DNA of 64,000 nt, from assembly GCA_965153355.1 (NCBI GenBank), contig OZ231126.1, positions 186,001 to 250,000 of the forward strand, in the 5' to 3' direction. The stretch is from Flaccisagitta enflata. Lineage: Eukaryota. The notes under the pieces are model-generated. The model was not told the DNA's origin. It saw nothing but the letters and a program-made list of their open reading frames with translations, and did no database searches. Below, piece by piece: positions 54,214 through 64,000 of the stretch; positions within the stretch are counted from its first letter, which is position 1; each line of letters opens with the position of its first letter. The position numbers were made by a program, and so were the translations under genes.

Positions 54214-55730
54214 TAGAGGGAGAGCAAGACAGACAGACAGACAGAGAAAACAAGAGAGAGAGAGGCAGTGATAAAAGAGGCTGGACAGGAAATGTTACAA
54301 ACGGATGGTCCATCAACGGAAAACCCAGGCTAAGTCGGGACTAAAAAAAGATATTACTGACTTTGGGCGCGTTTCTAGTCAGAGAATCACGTTCTAAACA
54401 GGCCACTCGGTCGCTCGCTACGTGCGTTCGCTCGCACCACTCACTTGCTCTGCAGCGCACCGCTTTGCTAGCCTCACTCACTTAGTTTGTGGGCTCACTC
54501 ACTCACTTTGGTCACTCCCCCGTGAGACAGTTGAAATCTTTGAGTACGCTGTAAACGCTTTTTACAGGAACAAACGCGTTTCACAGGAACAAATGCGTTT
54601 TTCATCTCCACAAGAAACATGCCCTTAGTGTTATTTGTCGTTGCATCATCAAACTCTGGATACAAAAAAATCTAGAAACGCTTTCGTGTCTATGTTAGGT
54701 AGTAGTCTGTTGTTGGTCAAGCTTTAGAAGACCTTCTGTCTCTTCACCACAAAAACTGCTAAGTTCTTCGCTAGGCTTTATTCCATCACACAACTTGTTT
54801 TGTTTGCTTATCAGATAATTTTCAATTCATTTTTTTAGTTGCGGACACGCAACTCTATAAGAGACTTTGTCCGTTTGTCGGTCCATCCGTCCCTCCCTAC
54901 GTCGGTCCGTGGTGATCTAGTTGGAAAGTGTGAAAACGCGCTATTCCGCCCCTGCCCACCCGTCCACAACTGGTATTGGCCGTGTATCCGGCCATTTTCA
55001 TTTATTCATTTTAAGTCCGCACACTACATGGTTCAATTATGATTATATCACGCCAAATTTGTTACTAGTCACTATAGTGTTTCAACATGTAAGTACAAGC
55101 CCATACTACACTATTGAAATGACGTTTTGCCCTCATGAAAATTCCCAGGTTAGAAATTGTACAAAGAATTCACGGCTAAATCAGGTTTCCAGGAAAATGG
55201 CATTATAAAAACGTAATCGATCTCGTTTCGCAAAAACTAAAGAATCAGGAAAGGGTGTAAAGTGCTCCGATTTTAATGAAATTTTGCGTGGAGGTACTTC
55301 ATAATGTGAAGTATCTCCAGTAAAAATTCTGTCCAAATCGGTGACCTTTAAAGGGAGTAACAAATTTTTTTTTCTTTTCAAAATTTGCGAAAAACACGTT
55401 TTTTCCATATTTAGGTACCTAAAATTTATCCGAGGTTCAAAATTTTTTACATACAACTAAATTAGGGTCTAATGCATGTGTGTGCAAAATTTCATGGCTC
55501 TACTCCATGTTTAAGATAGGTTTAAGGGTCAAAAATGGTCAAAAATGGCCAATTTTGGCCATTTTGGGCACTTTTTTTGGCGACATTTGAACTAGCACCT
55601 GAAACTGGGTATAACGAGCTTAGATTAGTGTTCCTCAAGGTGTTGCGCACATTTTAAGACCCAACTTGATGGACTTCAGGGGACTCGCCCTTTTTATGAA
55701 GCCCTACAGAGAGAAAAACCTCTGACGGGC

Positions 55731-56942
55731 TGCGGTATTTTCTTCGAGCTTATCTTCGCTTTCTTCTGGTATCAACGCCCTCGCCGCAGTCATCTGGAAA
55801 GATGTTCTTTGTCAATTTTCATCATTTATATATCATTGTTATTATCAGGTTGACTGGTTTGTTTTTTGCTGCGGTATTTTCTTCGAGCTTATCTTCGCTT
55901 TCGTCTGGTATCAACGCCCTCGCAGCAGTCATCTGGAAAGATGTTCTTTGTCAATTTTCATCATTTATATATCATTGTTAGTATCAGGTTGACTGGTTTG
56001 TTTGTTGCTGCGGTATTTTCTTCGAGCTTATCTTCGCTTTCATCTGGTATCAACGCCCTCGCAGCAGTCATCTGGAAAGATGTTCTTTGTCAATTTTCAT
56101 CATTTATATATCATTGTTATGATCAGGTTGACTGGTTTGTTTGTTGCTGCGGTATTTTCTTCGAGTTTATCTTCACTTTCATCTGGCATCAACGCCCTCG
56201 CACCTCGCAGCAGTCATCTGGAAAGATGTTCTTTGTCAATTTTCATCATTTATATATCATTGTTATTATCAGGTTGACTGGTTTGTTTTTTGCTGCGGTA
56301 TTTTCTTCGAGCTTATCTTCGCTTTCGTCTGGTATCAACGCCCTCGCAGCAGTCATCTGGGAAGATGTTCTTTGTCAATTTTCATCATTTATATATCATT
56401 GTTATTATCAGGTTGACTGGTTTGTTTGTTGCTGCGGTATTTTCTTCGAGCTTATCTTCGCTTTCGTCTGGTATCAACGCCCTCGCCGCAGTCATCTGGA
56501 AAGATGTTCTTTGTCAATTTTCATCATTTATATATCATTGTTATTATCAGGTTGACTGGTTTGTTTGTTGCTGCGGTATTTTCTTCGAGCTTATCTTCGC
56601 TTTCGTCTGGTATCAACGCCCTCGCAGAAGTCATCTGGAAAGATGTTCTTTGTCAATTTTCATCATTTATATATCATTGTTATTATCAGGTTGACTGGAT
56701 TGTTTGTTGCTGCGGTATTTTCTTCGAGCTTATCTTAGCTTTCGTCTGGTATCAACGCCCTCGCAGCAGTCATCTGGGAAGATGTTCTTTGTCAATTTTC
56801 ATCATTTATATATCATTGTGATTATCAGGTTGACTGGATTGTTTGTTGCTGCGGTATTTTCTTCGAGCTTATCTTCTCTTTCATCTGGTATCAACGCCCT
56901 CGCAGCAGTCATCTGGGAAGATGTTCTTTGTCAATTTTCATA
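55731..56942 (+). repeat. 139-bp tandem array of splice acceptor + partial SLC5 exon (9 copies, first truncated)
   Basis: atcag acceptors end at 55848, 55987, 56126, 56272, 56411, 56550, 56689 and 56828. Confidence 0.95.
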
Positions 56943-56979
56943 TTTCAAAAAGATTCAAGATCCGACTCTCATCATGAAG
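56829..56979 (+). CDS. Sodium:solute symporter (SLC5A5/6/8/12-like) internal exon
   Basis: LTGLFVAAVFSSSLSSLSSGINALAAVIWEDVL matches the SLC5 motif LPGLFVA..FS.SLST.SS..N.LAAV..ED; atcag/gtgaat boundaries. Confidence 0.8.
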
Positions 56980-57896
56980 GTGAATTTCTTCGTGTCTCAT
57001 TTTCACAAATTTAAACGAGGTGTACATGTAACGGTACATGGAATGGAAAATGTAACGGTACATGTAACGGTGCATGTAACTGTGCATGTAATAGAACCCA
57101 TCCCAGATGGGTGCAGTATGTAAAAGTCTAAAATCTCTTTCTAAAACTTACCATCAAACATCTCTTTGACCAAAATAAATGTTGTTTTATGATTTTTTTG
57201 AAAAATGTGCAACGGGAGCCCTCATATAGATTGCTGGCTAAGGAACCAAAAAATGCGAAAATTGCAATAAACGCCAAAAATAGATGGGGATGAAAAAATT
57301 TTTTTTTGGTCATAGAAAGATTTGTATTTGTGAAAAGTTTACTTTTTATGTCTACTTTGAGAAAAAAAAAAAGGATCTTTGCTCTTAGGAAGCATGGCTA
57401 CCCTCTCTTTTCTACCATGGGGAACTGGTAGATTTTGACAAAATTAAGTCTCATCATATTCTGATGTTGTTCATGAGACTGCATCCTGGGAAGTAGGCTT
57501 GAGATTCGGTGATTCACCAACGGAAAAAACGGTGGAGTGAATGCCAATTTTCACTGATTCAGTGATTTGGATTTTCGGTTTTTCACCGTTTTTATCTCCC
57601 TTCCCCAACTGCCCTTCACTAAGCTGAAATTGCTATCATATTCAAGAAAGTGCATGTTAATCATTGAAATTTGCAGGAAAAAAATCGATACACGCTGTAT
57701 TTTGTCTAAGAACACTGTTTATAAGAACATCAGCCTCAGATTTGGTGAAAAAATAAGAACATTCTAAGAACATGCTGAGGCTCAGATTTTGGCATAAATA
57801 CATTCCTACGTACATTTTGATATAATTTTTTAAGGAAACTATCATAAGTTGTACAGAATCCTCTAACCTAAACAATTATTCGACCAATTACCTTTA

Positions 57897-58497
57897 CCGG
57901 GTCATCAGCCTGAAATGCCGGATTCTGTTAAGCTTTTACTCGGAGATGCCACATATTTTGGATTTCATACTGATTGTGTCTTAAAGAGCATAGATTGACG
58001 TTTTTTGTATCAAAATTTCATCAAAATCGGTCAAGTAGTTTACATTTTACAAGCTTTTGAAGTAAAAACTAATTTTCTCTCAATGGCAGAATTTTCAATA
58101 CAAGTCATGAAAGAGAACAGTTTCAAATTTCTCTTTTTTTTGAACAGTTAGAGCTGGGAACATGTCAACGGTCTAGTATGAAAAAAAATTGATGTAGTTT
58201 CATAAATCATCTTTTATTTAGGACTAATCATGTGTTTCTGGCTCCAAATATTGCAAAATGCGAGAATGACGGAAAATGCTGATCCTCCATTTTCCCATCA
58301 AAAAACAGAAGTGGCAGAAAATAAGTTTTTTACTTAAATACATGTAGAATCTAAACTACTTGACCGATTTTGATGAAATTTTGATACAAAAAACGTCAAT
58401 CTATACTCTTTAAGAGACAATCAGTGGGAAATCTGTGATATGTGGCATCTCAGAGTAAAAGCTTAACATTATCCGGCATTTCAGGCTGATGACCCGG
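57897..58497. mobile_element. Long-TIR MITE with TA TSD nested inside a CAC..GTG MITE (57691-58728)
   Basis: TA|ccgggtcatcagcctgaaatgccgga ... tccggcatttcaggctgatgacccgg|TA; TIR extends ~150 bp. Confidence 0.9.
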
Positions 58498-58953
58498 TAT
58501 CATTAACATTTTCTGTAATTTTAAAACTTGAAAAAACAAAATTTTGCATTAACTGAGAATAGAGGACATTGATTTCATTGATTATAAATAGCTAGCAACT
58601 ATTATTATGAATCTCCAATACTACAAAAATAAGAACATGTTAAGAACGTTTGAGGCTGAAACTGGCTAAAAAATAAGAACGCTGAGCCTCACTTCAAAAA
58701 ACAGTGTTCTTATAAAAAATATGGCGTGTATTATCTAAATCCCTTGTTCTACAATTACCATGGTGACAAAGAAGCAGTGTCTGATACCAGTTTTACTCAG
58801 CTAGTTTTTGTTTTTTCTAGCTTGAGAAATGGTAATAAATCTTTAGTTCAAGATATTATGTTTTCCCTCACTATTTGTATTCATTGAGCGTGTCAATACT
58901 GTCAATTCTGTTAAGAAAAAAAGATGAACTCCAATAATGAAAGACAGAAGAAG

Positions 58954-59002
<49 letters not shown>

Positions 59003-61533
59003 TCTTTTTCATTCGAAGGTGTAAATCATCTTTTTGACCATGGCATCAAGAATCTGTATAAAAACAGGATATATGGGATTTTCCTCTGTTTGGTAGCACC
59101 AGGAACAAAGGTCATATAGCAAACTCAAGAAATAGAAAAGTGCAAAAAACTTAACCTATCCACTTCAAAGAAGAGACTGAGATGTTTACTTTTTCATGTG
59201 TAAACATTCAGACAAAAATCAATGATTGACAAGTTTTAACATGCACATTTTTAAAAAGTTGCAGACACGCAACTCTTTAAGAGGCTTTGTCCCTCCGTCG
59301 GTCTGTTGGTCCATCTGTCAGCACGAGTCGGGTTGGATACCCATGCCCACCCGTCCGCAACAATATTTGTGTCCCCGCATCACTTGTTGATCTTCATTCA
59401 GGTCTGTTGCTCAAATTGAAAAAAATCAATTTAGCACTTCTTTTTTCATTACATTGGTAGTTATAAAGTTCTGATGATTAATTGTGCTCAAGGTTTATGC
59501 AGCATGATGCATCTGAACAACCCCATAAGCAGATGCAGAATAAAAATCACTGAAAAAAACCGAAAAACGGTGGTGGCAAGGGAAAATCCCTGAAAATCGG
59601 TGGTGATTGAAATCCCGAGTCACTCTCAACTCTAATTGAAAGTCATTTTAAAGAGTCAGGCTTTATCTCTAAAAAAAATTTTATGGGCCTTGTTTTTGGC
59701 GCTGGAATATGGAGCAATGATGGCTGGGATGGAAAAATCCCTGAGGACTAGACATTGAGTCAGTTTGAGAGTATTGAAATTGCTCCAAAACCTTTAATGT
59801 TATTCTCCCCCTCCCTTGATTCATTAGAGAAAAAAAAAAAAAAAAAAAAAAAAAAACAAAAAAATATAAACAAAAAGAAGAAACAAAGCCAAAAACAATG
59901 ATGAGCAAACAATGATCATTAAAGCATGAGCAGCAGCTTAAAAATCTATCCTTTTACTAAGTATATTATTATGTATGATGTATGATAATTGAGGTATGAT
60001 ATATGACATATGAATCAATCTAACAATCAATCATTCAATCAATCAATCATCCATCCAATAAACAGTAAACAGGTGCAGTCCAACAATGTATCAAAGAATA
60101 GTGTAAAAATGTCAAGGTTTGCTCATTTTTGGCTGTTTCGGGTCCTTTAGATCCTCTGGATGAGCCCATCAGGGGTCTTCAGCCTTCTTATCTAGTTCTG
60201 CTGCACTGATGAGAGAGCTAAACAGATAACTAGGCCCTTCATTGTCAAAGATGGCAAAAAATTGATAAAAATGCTTAAATTTTGGTCATTTTTGCTCGTT
60301 TCAAGCCTTTTGGAGCATCTAGGGGCCCCTTGAATAGGTCCCTGAGGGGCCCCTGACCTTTTCTTTTGTTGCTCCAAACCAGGTGACAGTATCTTAACAT
60401 AAATTGTCCTCCCCATAACATTCGAGAAGAAACAACTCTAAAACCCTTCATTTTTTAGCCATTTTCAGCTATTTTGGTCATTTCAGGTCCTTTGAGGACC
60501 CCTGGAGGGCCCCACTGGGACCCCTTTCAGCTACTTCTCCTTATCCTATGTTCTACTACCTACTACTACTACTACTTTCAAACAAGACCAGCCCCAAGGA
60601 TTTTTACCAATTTGTCAAGAATAGCAAGAAAACAAGATGAACAATCTCAAATTTGTTTTTTTTTGCGTTTTTCGCACTTCTTAGCTGCGCCAATAATGAT
60701 GTAATCAAGGGTTTCTGACACACCAAACTAGATTTCTTGTTGTCCTTGCAAGTTTATACATTGTAGAAGCTGAATTAGATAGTTTTACTACTGTAAGACT
60801 TGGGTAATTAGTATCAAGATAAGGTGAAAAAAAACATTTTTGGCGTTTTTTGCGATTTTTTGCGTTTTTCGGCTCTGTAACAAGCAATCTGCTAAAGGGC
60901 ACCCGCTGCACATTTCTTTAAAGAATCATAGAACAACAATTGTTTTGGTCCTAGAGGATGTCGATGGTCCCAATGAAAGAGAGGTTTTGATAATTTTTTG
61001 AAGTAGCCTTCAGAACCAGCCTTTCTGGGATGCCCTAGCTTTAAAAAGCCTTTAAAACAGTTTTGTTAAGGATGGACCAACAAACCGACGGACCAACGGA
61101 CTGACGTACCGTCGGACTGACCGACCAAAAAGTGGGTTATATAGTCGCGTAGAACGCGACTAAAAAACATACTGTAACAAACTCATTTAGGCAATTACCG
61201 CATTGGAAGAATATTTGAAGTATTTTAGCACCCACTACTTATGAATTCTAGCGCAACCTCTGAGTCCTCTTGAGCTCAAACACAATTAAAAAAAGGTCGG
61301 ACATGACTGCTCAAAGAAGATTAAAGAAGCTAACATGGACAGCGTCACAAACCAACAGACTGAAAGACAGATGGTTCGACAGATGGAGACAGACACAGCC
61401 TCTCAAAGAATTAATGAGAGTACGTTGGTCTTTTTCAACAGATGGGAATAAAGAAAAAATGCCATAATTCAGATCATGATACTCTAGGCCATTGATACTA
61501 ATAATTATTTCATTGTTTTAAACTGTCATACAG

Positions 61534-61631
61534 AAATCTGCGTCCTGAAAACAAGGAAACAAATTCCTGCCGTAACCCTGATCATGATCCTATTGGCCCT
61601 TGGTGCTTCAAAGCTGGCACCACAGAAAAAG
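61534..61631 (+). CDS. Kringle-domain exon
   Basis: NLRPENKETNSCRNPDHDPIGPWCFKAGTTEK contains the kringle signature CRNPD...PWC; cag/gtcagt; not in the ORF track. Confidence 0.8.
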
Positions 61632-62590
61632 GTCAGTCATCTTTAACCTTCAACAAAGAGGAACATCTCAATTACAGCGGGACCTCACTATGACGTCTTG
61701 ACAGAACTCTGTACCTTTGGCCATTAAAGATAGGGAATGTTAACATAAAACTTTCAGGGCGGGACACCGTTGAAGTATGTATTCGCATAAGCTATCAAAT
61801 TGATTTCCGGAGCCTCTCAAAACCATGATTTTCGGATTCCTTGGCGAAAATGGTGCGGTTAAGCTTAAAACGGCATACTTTTAGCAATTTCAAAGCCTTT
61901 TTCGTCCTTCCGGATCATGAGACCCTCCTGCAAATACTTTGCCGTCCACTTTTTAGTTGCGGACACGCAACTCTATAAGGGGCTTTGTCCATCGGTCAGC
62001 ACAAGTCGAAAAGCGGGAAAATAAGCGGTTTAGAACATTTTTAGTTGTGGACAGTTGCATTTCCGCACCTGCCACACCGTCCGCAACTAATGGCCGTGTT
62101 TTCGGCCTTGTTCAAATGAAAGAATGAGATTGGCTTATGATAACTTGTTTGTAACGCTTAAGAAATCACTGTTATTGTTACTGTTACCAAGGATGGGATA
62201 GGGAAATGATCTTTGAGTCTGGCTACATGTGGTTGTTCATTTGTTTCCGACGCGGGGCCATGCAGATCTTGATCATTACGTCCCTTTAAGCGCCCCAAAC
62301 TTTGACACTTGACTCTCACCAATCTTACCATGGTTGAGGTCTGGTAAAAATCTATGGCAGAGATCAAATCTATATGATAAAGATATCAATTTCAATGCTA
62401 ATTCAATACAAACTTCAACCTAATCCTAACGAAAGTTCCTGCTTTCTCAAAGGCCCAAAATTTGTATGGAATATCTCTTAACCAAGCTGTGGCAAGATTG
62501 GTGAGAGACATAGTTGAAGATCCACGGGACGTATTGATCATCCTGTGGTAAAATTCGATCCAAAAACAGATTTCAACTTGTGGTGAGAGA

Positions 62591-62642
<52 letters not shown>

Positions 62643-63519
62643 GACAGAGAAACAGACAGAGAAACACAGAAAGGAAAAAAGACAGACAGAAAGATATTCA
62701 TAGATTTTTGCAGATACATGTATTGTTGAGCAACCTAAGAAAATCTATCTTTCACGCTTTTGTTAATTTTTCCCTAGACACAGCAGAAAACTTCTGATCC
62801 TTGAAACAATGTTCTACAGCGCTTAGAATGAATCATCAAACTTTTAGTTGCATGCACGCGACTCTACAACCTGCTTTGTCCATCTGTTGGTTGGTCGGTC
62901 AGTTGGTTGGTTGGTAGGTCAGTCACCCAATTGATCCTGCCCTAAAGGTCTTGTTAAGGAAATAGAAAATTTTAATTCTTGAGGGAAAAAAAATGTTTTT
63001 TCTTTTGCGTTTTGTGCTTATCAACCTCAAAGATATCTTGCTCAAGAAATAGAAACAATTATCTTCGGTGAAATTAAGTAACTTTGAAACACTTTAAAAA
63101 TGTTTTAAAACAGGTTTGTTTTAATCGAGAATGTGAGTTTTTCTGAAATGATCAGTAGTTTTTACAGATGAAAGAATATTGAGTATCACATAAAAATTCA
63201 AAAAAATGTTATTGCTACAAATTGTAGCCTACAATTCTAGCAGAGGATTGCGGAAATACAAGGCCGGATACACGGCTACCCTAGTCACGTGTGGGTGGTC
63301 AGGAGCAGTGCTGGAGCCGTATGCTCAAAAAGCTCATAACGCAAAAAAAGTAAAAAGGGGACCAACTGATCAACCGACTAACCACTAACCGACCGACCAA
63401 CAGACCGACATAACGGGGTTTAGAGTCGCGTAGGAGGAGTAATATCATAATCTCTGTTAATTTGGGAAATCAGTAAACGCGAGAGCATAGAAAACCTGGG
63501 TGAAAAATTTATCTCAATC

Positions 63520-63760
<241 letters not shown>

Positions 63761-63943
63761 CTCTCAGCATTTACTACATTTTTCCTACGGCGACTACGCA
63801 CCTTTATTGGTAAAACTTTCAGGGTGGGACACCGTTGAAGGAAATAGAATAGAAATGCTAATTATGAGCTCTAATCTAAATTGATCAAACTAAATAATCA
63901 AACCCTGGTATCTAATCACTGGTCTGTTGTGGTTATCTTACAG

Positions 63944-64000
63944 AGAAAATTGGATACTGTGACGTTGAAGAATTTCCTTGTTACTCTCATCGACTCAAAT
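63944..64000 (+). CDS. Kringle C-terminal exon (runs off the window)
   Basis: ttacag acceptor, phase 1 matches the previous donor; (E)KIGYCDVEEFPC supplies the last two kringle cysteines. Confidence 0.65.

Noticed and set aside
52021-55700. Convergent RAG2-like (kelch/PHD) partner gene as in ProtoRAG
   Set aside because: No kelch-like or PHD-like frame seen on the minus strand; short exons could have been missed
55731-56942. CRISPR-like array (also 1-1394 and 16875-17910)
   Set aside because: Units are contiguous with no unique spacers, the context is eukaryotic and there are no cas genes
62158-62580. Minus-strand ORFs including an SLC5-like DQYVPW peptide
   Set aside because: Wrong strand and order relative to the SLC5 exon; the region is a degenerate inverted duplication (62271-62336 vs 62484-62539)

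Overview
Repeat-rich eukaryotic (animal, probably invertebrate) genomic DNA with spliceosomal introns; most entries in the ORF track are microsatellite artefacts. From left to right: (1) the 3' end of an usherin-like FN3/transmembrane gene (+, ~1-7.7 kb), with one 54-nt microexon amplified into a tandem array; (2) a long stretch of Helentron-type non-autonomous elements, MITEs, a hAT-like element and satellites, with a few unassigned minus-strand exon candidates; (3) the highlight: a multi-exon gene (+, ~38.2-52.0 kb, ~1514 aa if all proposed exons join) encoding a RAG1/Transib-like DDE transposase core. It has N-terminal C2HC zinc fingers, three blocks of Ser/Thr/Ala heptad repeats, retained D-D-E residues, two altered Zn ligands and no visible TIRs, so it is a candidate domesticated recombinase-like gene; (4) an apparently isolated SLC5 (sodium:solute symporter) exon amplified as a 139-bp tandem array; (5) kringle-domain exons at the right edge. 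Gene models were built by eye from GT-AG sites, phase and motif continuity. No database searches were run.
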